A DNA stretch of 60,206 nt, filler included. It is 9 parts of 9 records of this genome, joined end to end, with 100 filler letters (N's around TTAATTAATTAA, not from the genome) between each part and the next. Parts side by side here need not be neighbours in the genome. Positions count along the whole stretch, not along the records: positions 25,928 to 37,222 come from SRR31147125_182276; positions 37,323 to 42,929 come from SRR31147125_183309; 7 more parts are not named here. One strand, 5' to 3'. Made by a program: the position numbers and the translations under genes. The notes under the pieces are model-generated. The model searched no databases and had not been told where the DNA came from. It was given only the letters and a program-made list of their open reading frames with translations. This document shows, piece by piece, positions 29,077-40,306 of this stretch. The stretch's first letter is position 1. Each line of letters starts with the position of its first letter.

Positions 29077-32000
29077 TCAATCACCCTGTGATACCATGGT
29101 AAACAAATCCAGACCACCCACAGTTTGCGACAATACAGCCATCAGAACCGCCCGCTGCATGTCCACACTGTTCTTCTCAGTTTTGATCTCAGCGGAGTAT
29201 ACCGAATAATCGGTATTCAAGACAGCGCGACAATCCTGGTCCTCATAGGAGAATCCATCGGATTCCATCTGTAGGACGGAAAACTCCCCTCCGTTCTTGT
29301 ATTCCAATCTGTTCCCGGCACTGAACCGGTATCCATACTCCGCCGCGTTGTAGCTCTCTTCGGTGATGTGAAATTTCGGCTTGTCTTGATACGGTGCACC
29401 GCTGGTCGGGCAGAAGGTCGCACAGTTACCACATTCGTTACAGAAATCACCGAGATTGATGATCTGGTATCTCTGGGCGATCTGTTCCGACCCAAGCGTT
29501 ACGATATCAACGGAGCCGCCGTTTCTGACCACCCGCTGGACCGCGTAGGTGCGCGGCTCCATCTGAAACTCGACATTAGCGCGGTTGGGACAGACCGAGA
29601 CGCAGACACTGCAGATTTCGTCGCACAGCAGGCAGCGTGCGGCTTCCGCGCGGGCCGTCTGTTCGTCCAGGGTGTTGATCACCATCGTGAAGCCGGATCG
29701 TTCATCAAAGCCGATCTCAGGAGTTGGGGTACCCGGCTGGCGGCGCCCCTTTGCCGTGCGCAGTTCCGTGAAATCCACCGCCCTCGGAAAGAGGACCTCC
29801 GCAATTTCACCTTGCTCAATCGCGCGCCTGACAATTGACTCGGCGACATGCTTCCCGTCACCGATCGCATTGATCAGCGTTGACGCACCGCGCGCGGCAT
29901 CTCCACCGGCAAACACGTTTGAGATCTGAGTCTCATGGGAAACCGGGTCGATCTCCAGCTTGCCGTCCGGGAAGAAATCCGCATTGACCCGCTGGCCGAT
30001 CGCGGTGATCACACTGTCGGCCTGGAGATCGAATTCCGATCCCTCAATCCGTATCGGGCGCGGTCGCCCGCTGTCGTCCTTTTCACCAAGCCGCATCTGG
30101 AAACAGCGGTTCGAGGAGACCCTGCCGTCCTGCACCAGCATGCACTCCGGAGCCGTCAACTCGATCAGGTTGACCTGCTCATCGAGCATCCCCCTGACCT
30201 CTTCCAGGGCCGCCGGCATCTCTTCGCGGGTACGGCGATAGATCAGGTTGACCTCCCCATCAGGCCCGACGAGACGTTTGGCCGTTCGTGCCGCATCCAT
30301 CGCCGAGTTGCCGCCGCCGATGACGACAACCTTTTTTCCCAGATCGATGTCTTCGCCCCGACGGACGGCGCTCAGGAAATCGAGATTGTCCATCACTCCT
30401 TCGGCATCCTCGCCCGGGACACCGAGCTTGACGCCTTCCTGCGCCCCAATTGCCACATAGACGTAATCGAACGCTTCGACCATGGAAGCGAATTTCTCCC
30501 GATCGATCTGCGTGTTGTAATGAATCTCTACTCCCAGGGAGAGAATCGCGTCGATATCTTTTTTGATGCTCTCATCGTCCAGGCGGAAGGTGGGTATCGC
30601 ATCGGACGCCCAGCCGCCGGCAAACCCCTTGGTCTCGAAGACCTCCACCTCGAATCCCAGCTGGGCCAGAAAATAGGCACAGGACAACCCCGACGGCCCG
30701 CCGCCGACGATGCCCACTCTGACCCCGTTGGTTGCAGCCGGCTTCTCAGGGAGCGACTGCTCGGTATTCTGAATGATGAACCGTTTGATCTCCCTGATGA
30801 GGAGCGGATCGTCGTAGTTGATCCGGGTACATTTGGACTGGCAGAGGTGATCGCACACCATTCCCTGGATGTTTGGGAACGGGTTGGTCTCAAGGATGAT
30901 CCTGCGGGCTTTGTCATACTCTCCCATAGCCGTGTGATAGAGGTAGCCGGGAATATCCTGACTTGCCGAGCAGGTAGCCATGCAGGGTGCATGGATACAG
31001 TCAAAGGGACCGAGCTCTTTTTCGGTCTTGATGGTGTCGTAGGGGTACCGCTCCTTTTTGTAGTCTCCTTCATCCACCACCGCGCCCGCGTATGTCCGGA
31101 GATTCTCCCATCCCGCCCGATTCAGTCCCTGGGTGGAGCCGCTGCGGGCAACGACGAACTCGTCGATATCGGTGGCACCGACCTCGTCAAAGGCGTCACT
31201 CAGGTTTTCCAGGTATTGGGACAACCGGCCGTACCCGCCGGGCTTCAGCAGGTCGGAACAGGTCGTGATCGGCTTGAGATTGCAGGCAAGGACCTCTGCC
31301 ACATTCTCACAACTGATTCCGGCGGAAAACGAGATATCCAGCTCCCCTTCGAACTCATCCTGCAGTTTCCTCGCGAGGTTGATGGAGATGGGGTGGAGCG
31401 AGCGGCCGCTCATGTAGACCATCTGCTCGCTGTCCGGTAGCTCCTGGTCCTCATTCGTGGTTTCCAGCGTGTTGGTCAGCTTGATGTTAAACTCGACGCC
31501 GGATTCCATGGCGCTGTCCAAAAGAGATCTGATCAGGGCCACGCCGTCGGAGTATTTCAGGTCATGGTCGAAGGCCAGGTCGGGAACCTCGGTCTTGTAC
31601 CCCAACTTATCGTTGAGGATCCCGCGAACCTCGTCATCACCCAGAAGAGTCGGGTTCAGTTTGATGGTGGTGTGGAGTTTTCGCTCCTCGACGAAATAGC
31701 GGCCGATCTTCTCGACCTCGTCGGGGGGCAGCCGTGCATCGTAGAGACAGTGACGTTATTGGACATGCAATCGCCGATGTGCAGCTCTTTCACCCGTGGG
31801 TAGATGGCGGCGATTCGGTCAATTTTTTCCGCTTTTTCACTGCTGCAGTCACCCATTCGATCCAGGAATCTCTGCACCGTCGGGCTCAAAATCCCCTCGA
31901 GGTTGTACCCGACGCTCATATTGAAGATAAACCCGGGCTCATCAGGCTCGCCCCAGCCGAATCGATCCTTGAGGATATGCAGGATGATCCACGCGTTGAG

Positions 32001-32372
32001 GTATTCTTCGAAGGATTGGTCCAGTTTCAATTCCTGGGACCACTCGCAGTTATACCCCTCATCGCCCATATCGATACAGGGCTTGGTCACCTCCAGCTCA
32101 TCGAGGACCTGGACGGTTTTGAGCTCCATGTAGCGGCCGCCGGTCAACCAGGCGGCAATGATGTTCTGGGACAGCTGCGTATGGGGACCGGCGGCAACAC
32201 CGACCGGCGTTTCCAGCAACTGACCGTAGCGCTGCATCCGGAACGGATCCGTGTCCTTCGGCACAAAGAACAGCTCTTTCTCGACACCGAAAATCCGCCC
32301 ACCCTCTTCATCTTTCAGAATCCAGCTCAGTAGCGTCTCGATATCACAGGTATACAGCTTGTCACTCGCCAT
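29077..32372 (-). CDS. ygfK: YgfK-type Fe-S flavoprotein oxidoreductase, frameshifted at G6 31723-31728
   Basis: GVAAGPHTQL, ELKTVQ, EGYNCEWS; one added C gives MHGCPPDEVEKIGRYF...KLNPTLLG; then GGGPSG, GGGNSAMD, CSVCVSVCPNRAN, CNECGNCATFCP. Confidence 0.9.
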
Positions 32373-32428
32373 CTCAGTCTCCTATCGCCTCGCAGATTTT
32401 CATATCTCTGTCCGGTTCCGCTTCATTC

Positions 32429-33706
32429 CTAGAGGGACGCCCACAGGTTTTTGCCCATTTCTTTCGCATGGGACAGAATCTGCTGCTCGTCTACCGTCGT
32501 TATCCTGCGATTCTCCACAATGAGATTTCCGTTGGAGATCACGCTTTCCACGTGACGGGAATCAATCCCGTACACGAAGTGGCCGAGGAAATTGTCCCGC
32601 GTAACCTCCGTCGGCGGGTCATAGTCGAGAATCACCAGGTTATTGTCCCCATCACCGGCAGCGCCGGCGGAATTGATAAAGTCGTGAATTCCGCGAAAGC
32701 GGTTGTACACGATGTCGAAACCGATCCCCTCGGTCGCCTGCCCGGCGAGAAACGCAGCTTTGGCGCTGCGGAGCATATCGGAGTGCATCCCGTCGGTCCC
32801 GAGCATCATCCGGTCGGAAAATTCTCCATAGCTTCCGAGCCCGACGTTGTTGTTCTGGTTGCTCTCGACGCTCTGCACGATCCACACGCCCGATTGAGCC
32901 AGAAGCGCACGCTCTTCGGAAGAGAGGTGAATGCAGTGCGCCAGGATGGAGTTGTCCAGTTCGAGCGCGCCGGCGTCATGTAACCGCTCCACGACCCTCT
33001 TCCCGTAAGTGTTCAGGCACTGATCCTGGTCCGCACGGTCCTCAGCCACGTGGATATGCACGCCGGTCCTGTGCTTCCGGGCCAGTGCGACAGCATCGTC
33101 CAGCAGTGTTTCCCCGACGGTGAACGAGGCATGCAGGCCTACATGGCCTGCCCTGCCCGACGCGAGGAAGGTGTCGGTCTCCGCAAGGCCCTGTGCGGCG
33201 ATCTCCGCACCGTCCCGGTCCGAGATCTCGTAGCAGAGCATATGTGAGATGCCGACCCGATCGAACGCCTGTGCGATGACCTCAAGGGAGCCGTCGACGG
33301 CAAACGGCGACGCGTGGTGGTCGATAACGAATGTGCCTCCGCTTTTCGCCAGATAGATGGCTGAGGCCAGAGCGCTCGCCTCGATCATCTCGAGATCAAG
33401 GTGCTTGTCGATGTGCCACCAGACATATTCGAGGATCTCGGTGAAATTCGTGGGGATGCTGCGCGGGGCGGGCATCCCTCGGGCAAGGGTCGAATAGATA
33501 TGATGGTGTCCGCAGCCAAATGATTTCGTGACGAGTTTTCCGCCGCAATCGACGATCCGGTCACCGTCCCCCAGAGAACCGGGGTCCGGAATATCGACAC
33601 CACTGCGCATCGATCCGTCCGGCCCGGACTCCACGGCCAGGTGTGTCTGATGTATCTCGAGTGTCCGGTAGTCAATGAAGTATGCATCTTTCAGATAGAG
33701 CGTCAT
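32429..33706 (-). CDS. ssnA: SsnA-type amidohydrolase
   Basis: GHHHIYSTLARG, IDHHASP, GLHASFT, HIHVAE, LGTDG; located between xdh and ygfK. Confidence 0.85.
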   Translation of the reverse strand: MTLYLKDAYFIDYRTLEIHQTHLAVESGPDGSMRSGVDIPDPGSLGDGDRIVDCGGKLVTKSFGCGHHHIYSTLARGMPAPRSIPTNFTEILEYVWWHIDKHLDLEMIEASALASAIYLAKSGGTFVIDHHASPFAVDGSLEVIAQAFDRVGISHMLCYEISDRDGAEIAAQGLAETDTFLASGRAGHVGLHASFTVGETLLDDAVALARKHRTGVHIHVAEDRADQDQCLNTYGKRVVERLHDAGALELDNSILAHCIHLSSEERALLAQSGVWIVQSVESNQNNNVGLGSYGEFSDRMMLGTDGMHSDMLRSAKAAFLAGQATEGIGFDIVYNRFRGIHDFINSAGAAGDGDNNLVILDYDPPTEVTRDNFLGHFVYGIDSRHVESVISNGNLIVENRRITTVDEQQILSHAKEMGKNLWASL

Positions 33707-33771
33707 GATATTCCCTCGGATACAGTGCGTTCATGTTGTCAAATCAACATGATTCCCGTTGGTTGTTGATG

Positions 33772-36333
33772 TCATTTCGTTTTCAGAGGTGCCAGCGGCA
33801 GGCAGTAGCGGCGCTCGCCGTCAAAGCTGTAATAGCTGTTGGCGATCGCGGCAGGGGTTGGAATCGAGCTGATCTCCCCCACGCCCTTCGCCCCGAACGG
33901 TCCGGAGCTGTCGGGGCACTCCACGCCGAACACTTTGATCTCCGGAACATCCTTTGCCTTCGGAAGCCCCAGCTTTGCCATCCGGGTCGACGTGAGTCTG
34001 CCGGCTTCGAGGGGAAAATGCTCAGTGAGCGCATACCCCATCCCCATCACCACGCCGCCCTCGACCTGCCCCTCGAACAGCGTCGGGTTGATGATCCGCC
34101 CCCCATCGTGGGCCGCGTGAATCGAGCACAGCGCACCGGATTCGTCCAGGATCGCAAGATGCACGGCATACCCGTAGGAAAAATGGCTGACGATCTCACC
34201 ATCTTCATCGTGGCTGGTGGTCCAGTCGACCAGGTAGCTCCCGAAGTATTCTCTCCCGACGAGATCGGCCAGAGTGTTCTCAGCCAGATCCGCCTTGAGC
34301 TTTTCCGCCGCCAGGATTGTCGAATTCCCGAGCAGGGCGGTGCCGCGGCTGGCAGTCGTCGCTCCGCCTATCGCCCCACCGCCGGTTGATGATTTCACGA
34401 CGATTTCAACGCTGTCGTCCAGGTCGCAGATCTCTGCGAGAACCTGCCGGGCAACAGTATCGATCCCCTGGCCCATTTCGGACCAGCCGTGATGGAGTTC
34501 GATCCTGTCCGGAGCCACGACCGTCAGCTTCGTCTCGCTGAGCTCGTCTATGCCATTGCCGATTCCGCAATTCTTGATTGCGCAGGCAAGTCCCGCATAC
34601 TCCGCCTCCTGGAAGGCATCTTTGACCGCTTCCAGGCAATCACGCAACCCCACCCCGTCCGTCAGCACGTGTCCGGTGGTGGTCATCGATCCCACATCGA
34701 GCGCATTATCGTAGCGAAACTGGTATGGGTCGAACCCTCCCCGAACGCAGAGTGCATCCATCATGCTCTCCATCGCAAAGTTGGACTGGCTGACCCCGAA
34801 TCCCCGGAAGGCGCCGGCAACCGGGTTATTGGTGTAATACGCCTCGGAGATCACATCGACGCTGGGAATATGATAGGCCGATCCGGCGTGGGTACCGGTT
34901 CTCGCGACAACCGCCCCGCCCATCGATGCGTAGGCGCCCGTATCCCCGATTATCCGGGCCCGGAGACCCGTCAGCATACCCTTCTCATCGCACCCCAGTC
35001 TGTAATGCATCTTCATTCGGTGCCGCTTCGGGTGCATACGGAGGGACTCGGGGCGACTGAGCCTGACCTGCACCGGACGGTTAAGAAGCAGGGCCGCAAG
35101 CGCCGCATGGTGCTGAACGGTGAGGTCCTCTTTCCCGCCGAAAGCACCTCCCGCAGACATCAGCACGACATCGACCCTATCCTCCTCGAGCGACAGGAGG
35201 GAAGCGATCTGGGCCCGGTCCTTGAAAAGTGCCTGACTCTGGGAATAGACGATCAGCCCGCCGCTGCCGTCGGGCCGGCTGACGGCTGCTTCCGGCTCCA
35301 GGAACCCGTGTTCGACGAAGGGTGTCTCGAACTCGCCCTCCACGACATGGGCCGATCGGGCGAAGACGTCGTCAATCGCATCACCGCGGCAGATGACCGT
35401 TTCCAGCAGCAGATTCCCGCCTTCATGAACATGAATCTCGGAGTTTTTCGCCGCATCCATTTCAGTGAGCGGCTCGAGGAGTTCATACTCAATGTTAATT
35501 CGTTTCACCGCCTCTCTGGCGATCTGCTCGCTGTCGGCCACGACGCAGGCCAGCACATCTCCGATACAGCGGGTCGTTTCCCCTTCGAGGACCATCGTCG
35601 GCCAGTCTTTGATAAGTAGTCCCTGGTAGCGTTGTCCCGGGATATCGGTGCCGGTAATAATCCGGATAACCCCATCGATCTTTTCTGCCTCCGCGTAATC
35701 AACTCTCCTGACTACCGCACGGGGATGTTCGCTGAACAACAGCGCACCGTAGCACATGTTCTCGAATCTCATATCCGCAACATACGGGCCACTTCCAAGG
35801 GCCTTTTCGTAAGCCTCCACCTTGGGGTACGAATGGCCGATTCCGGTCCGGCTTTCCCACTCGATCTCCCGGTTTTCCCGCAGCGCCTCGGCGGCCAGCA
35901 AGATGGAGTCGACAATCTTCACGTAACCCGTGCAGCGACAGATGTTGACATTGAGCGCCTTGATAATCTCCTCGCGGCTGGGGTCCGCATTATTTTCCAG
36001 GAGAATTTTCGTCCGCGACAGAATCCCCGGCGTACAGAACCCGCACTGCACACCGCCCTCTGCGACAAAAGCCCGGGCCAGCGTGCGGCGAAGGTTCTCG
36101 GGAAACCCCTCGATGGTCGTCACGGACTTGTCGGCGACACGCTTCATCTTCGTCGCGCATGCCAGCGTCGGCCTGCCGTCCATCTCAACGAGACAGGCTC
36201 CGCAGGCAGCCTGGCCGGAACAGCCGTCTTTGACGGAGGTCAGCCCCATCTCATTACGCAGGAAACTGAGCAGGGATACATTTTCGTCGCCGGAATATGT
36301 AACATTGTCACCATTAAGTGCGAACGTGACCAT
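33772..36333 (-). CDS. xdh: Selenium-dependent xanthine dehydrogenase-type molybdoenzyme (2Fe-2S plus Moco domains)
   Basis: GCSGQAACGAC, QCGFCTPG, CRCTGY, GGAFGGKE, AFRGFG, EMGQG, GAKGVGE. Confidence 0.88.
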   Translation of the reverse strand: MVTFALNGDNVTYSGDENVSLLSFLRNEMGLTSVKDGCSGQAACGACLVEMDGRPTLACATKMKRVADKSVTTIEGFPENLRRTLARAFVAEGGVQCGFCTPGILSRTKILLENNADPSREEIIKALNVNICRCTGYVKIVDSILLAAEALRENREIEWESRTGIGHSYPKVEAYEKALGSGPYVADMRFENMCYGALLFSEHPRAVVRRVDYAEAEKIDGVIRIITGTDIPGQRYQGLLIKDWPTMVLEGETTRCIGDVLACVVADSEQIAREAVKRINIEYELLEPLTEMDAAKNSEIHVHEGGNLLLETVICRGDAIDDVFARSAHVVEGEFETPFVEHGFLEPEAAVSRPDGSGGLIVYSQSQALFKDRAQIASLLSLEEDRVDVVLMSAGGAFGGKEDLTVQHHAALAALLLNRPVQVRLSRPESLRMHPKRHRMKMHYRLGCDEKGMLTGLRARIIGDTGAYASMGGAVVARTGTHAGSAYHIPSVDVISEAYYTNNPVAGAFRGFGVSQSNFAMESMMDALCVRGGFDPYQFRYDNALDVGSMTTTGHVLTDGVGLRDCLEAVKDAFQEAEYAGLACAIKNCGIGNGIDELSETKLTVVAPDRIELHHGWSEMGQGIDTVARQVLAEICDLDDSVEIVVKSSTGGGAIGGATTASRGTALLGNSTILAAEKLKADLAENTLADLVGREYFGSYLVDWTTSHDEDGEIVSHFSYGYAVHLAILDESGALCSIHAAHDGGRIINPTLFEGQVEGGVVMGMGYALTEHFPLEAGRLTSTRMAKLGLPKAKDVPEIKVFGVECPDSSGPFGAKGVGEISSIPTPAAIANSYYSFDGERRYCLPLAPLKTK

Positions 36334-36393
36334 CTTTATCTCCTGTGAGTCTCTGATTCGTACCCCCCTGACAATCGTGGCCAGGGGAACGTG

Positions 36394-37222
36394 CTACCTG
36401 ACTCGCGGCGTGCCGGCCGTCAGCATCGACTGGATCGTGTCGGCAGGACACCGCGCCTTTGCCAGCAGAATCATCGCAGCGATTATGTACGGTTTGTAGC
36501 TGGCCTCCATATACATCGGTTTGCGATAGCGGTCGAACACGCTTGCCGCAACCTCGCCCTGTTCACAGCTTACTCCTGTTATATCAGCCGGGAGACAGTG
36601 CATGTACAGCGCCTCGCCTTCGTGGGTCGTGGACATGAGCGCTTCCGTACACTCCCAGTCCTTGTGCTGTTCATTCTGTGCGAGGAGCTCCTTTTCCAGG
36701 CTGTCGATGCCGTCCTGATCGCCTTCCCCGTACAATACGGTGCGTTTCTCCATCGCGGAAAACGGCGCCCAGCTCTTGGGGTAGACAATATGGGCACCGT
36801 CGAACGCCTCTTCCATCGAATTGGACCTGGTAAACGACCCGCCATTCGCTGCCGCATTCCTTTCCGCTACCGCTTCGATTTCCGGCATGACCTCGTACCC
36901 TTCAGGGTGTGCCAGCGACACGTCCATCCCGAATCTCGTCATCAACCCGATGACGCCCTGCGGTACGGAGAGCGGTTTGCCGTATGACGGGCTGTACGCC
37001 CATGTCATTGCAAGTTTCTTACCTTTAAGATTCTCCACCCCGCCGAAATGGTTGATCAGGTGCAGCATGTCAGCCATGGACTGGGTTGGATGATCGATAT
37101 CGCACTGCAGATTCACGAGGGTGGGGCGCTGTTCGAGCACACCCTCGAGGTAGCCCTGCTGCACGGCGTTGGAGACCTCCCGCATATACGCATTGCCCTT
37201 GCCGATATACATGTCGTCGCGG
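36394..37222 (-). CDS. ygeW: Knotted carbamoyltransferase YgeW (5' partial)
   Basis: NLQCDIDHPTQ, WAYSPSYGKPLSVPQG, YPKSWAP, YMHCLPADI. Confidence 0.95.
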
Positions 37223-37322
37223 NNNNNNNNNNNNNNNNNNNNNNNNNNNNNNNNNNNNNNNNNNNNTTAATTAATTAANNNNNNNNNNNNNNNNNNNNNN
37301 NNNNNNNNNNNNNNNNNNNNNN
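37223..37322. other. Artificial contig spacer
   Basis: N-run with central TTAATTAATTAA. Confidence 0.99.
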
Positions 37323-38279
37323 AATTCGGGAAGAGGAAGAGCCTCCGGTGGAGGCGGCCGGGAAACGGGATTCCTCCGGCCCTCGCTCTTCCAGGTGCAA
37401 TCCAGCCGGGATGTGGAAATAGAAGGGATCACGTTCCGGGATTCTCCGTTCTGGACAGCCCACATGCTTTACAGCCGGAGTCTGACCATCACCAACTGCC
37501 GCTTCGAGAATCCGGATGACTCTCCCAACACTGATGGGCTCAATATCGATTCATCGATGGATGTGACTGTTTCAGGATGTACTTTCGATGTCGGTGATGA
37601 CTGCCTCTGCCTGAAATCCGGCAGCGACAGTGACGGCCGGCGGGTCGGCCGGCCTGTGGAAAACGTGCATGTACGGGACTGCGTGATGAACCATGGCCAC
37701 GGAGGCGTGGTATTCGGTTCGGAGATATCCGGCGGAGTGCAGGATATCCATATCGAACAGTGCACGATGTATAAGACCGACCGGGGCATTCGGATCAAGA
37801 ATCGCCGAGGACGGGGCGGATATGTCAGGAATATCCGAATCAGCGGACTGAAAATGGTGGATGTTCCCTACCCCCTGGTTGCCAACTGCTACTACCGATG
37901 CGGAATCACCGATGCGGAACTGGCTGTTGCATCCAGCCCGGCGGCCATGCCGGTGGAAGAGACAACCCCTGTCGTGGAGAACATCTCCATCGATGACGTC
38001 AGTGCGGAAGGCGTCGTGGTGGGAGTCACACTGATAGGACTACCGGAAAGCCGGATACGCGATTTCAGTATGGGAAACTGGTCAATAGAAACAGAAATGG
38101 GGCTGTCACCTGATAATCCCGGCATACCCGCTATGGATTTCTCAGATACAAAGGTATTTGTGAAAGGCATATACGCAAGGAATACTGAAGGCCTTCAGGT
38201 AGGGACTATCCGTATAGACGGAGGGGATATCGGTCCAAACCAGATGGACATCATGTCCGGGAATCGGCCGTCCGCCTGA
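37323..38279 (+). CDS. GH28 polygalacturonase-family glycoside hydrolase (5' partial)
   Basis: SPNTDG, GDDC, GHGG and RIK motifs; the frame is open from the contig start (FLRPSLFQ). Confidence 0.92.
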   Translation, partial: NSGRGRASGGGGRETGFLRPSLFQVQSSRDVEIEGITFRDSPFWTAHMLYSRSLTITNCRFENPDDSPNTDGLNIDSSMDVTVSGCTFDVGDDCLCLKSGSDSDGRRVGRPVENVHVRDCVMNHGHGGVVFGSEISGGVQDIHIEQCTMYKTDRGIRIKNRRGRGGYVRNIRISGLKMVDVPYPLVANCYYRCGITDAELAVASSPAAMPVEETTPVVENISIDDVSAEGVVVGVTLIGLPESRIRDFSMGNWSIETEMGLSPDNPGIPAMDFSDTKVFVKGIYARNTEGLQVGTIRIDGGDIGPNQMDIMSGNRPSA

Positions 38280-39417
38280 TGGAGTATTCGACATAGGCCA
38301 GCAGGAACGGAGCGATGCCTTTCGCTTCGTTCTCCACAATCGGCTCGGACATGTAATAGTCAAAGCTTCCATCCCGCCGCTCGGGCCCTCCGAGGCCGGC
38401 GACAAGGCAGGTTCCGCCAAGATTCATCTTTCCTGTATCGTCTTCTCTCAGGTAGATTTTGCCGATGCCTTTCAAGGTGGACTCGCCGACAACGGCCATG
38501 TCGGCGGGAAGAATACCCAGCCTGACGGCTTTCAGGATCGCGTAGGAAATGATCGCAGAACCGCTTGTTTCCAGGTAGTTCCTCTCATCTTCCCCCCGGT
38601 CCACCACCTGATACCACAGGCCTGACTCATCCCGGAAAGCCATGAGGGAATCCAAAAGGCTCCGGAAGGTGCTGCTGATGAAGGTATGGAAAGCCCGGTC
38701 GTCTTCTTCATCAAGGATTTCCAGCACATCCACCAGAGCCATGGCGTACCAGCCCAGTGCCCGCAGCCAGAAGTTCGGCGAGAGCCCGGTATTTTTGTCC
38801 GCCCAGAACATCTGCCTGCTGGTATCAATGGCATGGTAGTACAGGCCAGACACGGGATCCTTCATTAAATCCGCAACATTGCGAAACTGAGCGAAACTGT
38901 CGCCGTACCCGGCTTTGTCTCTGTATCGGCGCTCGTACTCAAGATAGAACGGCTGGGCCATATAGAGACCGTCCAGCCAGATCTGGTGGGGATAGATCTG
39001 CTTGTGCCAGAAATTGCCGCCGTTTGTTCGCGGCTGGGCCTGCAGCTGGGCATACAGGGTATCCATCGCCTTTCTGTAGCGGGAGGCTCCGGTATGGTCG
39101 AACAGCCGGAAAAGCACGCTGCCCTCTTTGATGTTGTCGAGATTGTAGTCACTCTCTTTGTAGGAAAGAATGGATCCATCCTCGTTGATGAAGTGTCCGA
39201 CGAATCGATCGCAGAAATCCAGGTACTGAGGACGGCCGGTTGATTCATAGAGCTCCATGAAGGCCGTCATCATACAGCCGTCGATGTAGTTCCAGGAGGA
39301 ACTCGCGCCCATCCCGATCACTTCCTGATTCCACAGCGGATTCTCCGGCGATGCGACTTCCAGGATCTCGGCGATATAGCGGTCTATCAGTGCTTCAAAA
39401 TTCCCGTTCTCTGTCAT
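38251..39417 (-). CDS. GH105 unsaturated rhamnogalacturonyl hydrolase (YteR-like)
   Basis: WNYIDG, YNLDNI, FWHKQIYPHQIWLDGLYM, FWLRALGW, NYLETSGS. Confidence 0.92.
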   Translation of the reverse strand: MTENGNFEALIDRYIAEILEVASPENPLWNQEVIGMGASSSWNYIDGCMMTAFMELYESTGRPQYLDFCDRFVGHFINEDGSILSYKESDYNLDNIKEGSVLFRLFDHTGASRYRKAMDTLYAQLQAQPRTNGGNFWHKQIYPHQIWLDGLYMAQPFYLEYERRYRDKAGYGDSFAQFRNVADLMKDPVSGLYYHAIDTSRQMFWADKNTGLSPNFWLRALGWYAMALVDVLEILDEEDDRAFHTFISSTFRSLLDSLMAFRDESGLWYQVVDRGEDERNYLETSGSAIISYAILKAVRLGILPADMAVVGESTLKGIGKIYLREDDTGKMNLGGTCLVAGLGGPERRDGSFDYYMSEPIVENEAKGIAPFLLAYVEYSIRRTADSRT

Positions 39418-39421
39418 TCTC

Positions 39422-40306
39422 TCACCTGTTTCCGCGAAGCGTGTTGATAAACGTTATGGTTTCGTTGATGGTTGCCGGGCTGTTGTTCTCCAGGAGAACG
39501 GGGATCATCGGCTTGTATCGGCGCACCAGCTTCAGCAACAACGGGTAGTTCAATTCTCCCCTACCGGATGGGATGGCGGTATTCACCCGCCCCGATTCCA
39601 GGACGTAGTCTTTCGCATGAATGGCGACCATCCGGTCAGCGAACAATGAGAAGGCCTCCTCCATCAGGATATCGCTGTCAGCAGCCCTCTCGAAGGGCAG
39701 GAAGTTCACAGGATCGTAGATGATACCGAGATTTGGTGACGCTATCAGATCCAGTACTTGTTTCATGCGTTCATGTGAATGAATCGTATCCTTGTCGGCG
39801 ACACCTTCAATCCCGACGATGACACCGATCTTCTCCGCCGCGGCAACAAGGGTTTCCAGGCTACGCATGAACTCGGTGAAAGTTATCTCTTCGTAGATGT
39901 TTCTTTCTGAACCCGGAACGGCGGGAGACCCTGTTTCTGTTCCAACAACAGAACAGCCGAAATCCCGACAATACTTCAGATGCTCGATGAATCTCTTGAT
40001 ATGGATTTCCCTGACAGATATATCGGGATGGACCGGGTTGATGTAACAACCCAATACAGCGATATCGATGTCCCGTTTATGGAATTCCCGACCGATCATC
40101 TGGCCTAGTCCCGGACTGAGGGTGCCGTATTCGGCAGTCAGCCCGGCCACGGCCTTGTTGAGGGCCAGTTGGATATTCCCGAATCCTCTGCCGGATATGC
40201 GGTCCGCCAGCTCCGCGGCAGGAAGCCGCCCCATATCGTGTGCCCGGAATCCCCAATTAATATCTGTTTCCAGAAGCTTTTCGAATACGCCGGACGAGTC
40301 AGTCAT
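39422..40306 (-). CDS. Sugar phosphate isomerase/epimerase (xylose-isomerase-like TIM barrel)
   Basis: GFRAHDMG, LGCYINPVHPD, VGTETG, YDPVN, IHAKD, LLEN. Confidence 0.85.
   Translation of the reverse strand: MTDSSGVFEKLLETDINWGFRAHDMGRLPAAELADRISGRGFGNIQLALNKAVAGLTAEYGTLSPGLGQMIGREFHKRDIDIAVLGCYINPVHPDISVREIHIKRFIEHLKYCRDFGCSVVGTETGSPAVPGSERNIYEEITFTEFMRSLETLVAAAEKIGVIVGIEGVADKDTIHSHERMKQVLDLIASPNLGIIYDPVNFLPFERAADSDILMEEAFSLFADRMVAIHAKDYVLESGRVNTAIPSGRGELNYPLLLKLVRRYKPMIPVLLENNSPATINETITFINTLRGNR

Noticed and set aside
31723-31728. Programmed frameshift or phase variation in ygfK (also GH105, rnr, cyclase)
   Set aside because: The runs are short (4-7 nt) and the same error pattern recurs in unrelated genomes.
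27608-36987. Long plus-strand ORFs such as 27736-28710, 29935-31440 and 34489-35619
   Set aside because: Antisense shadows of GC-rich, well-supported minus-strand genes.
38251-38279. Convergent 29-bp overlap of GH28 and GH105 as antisense regulation
   Set aside because: Short 3' overlaps are common and there is no further evidence.
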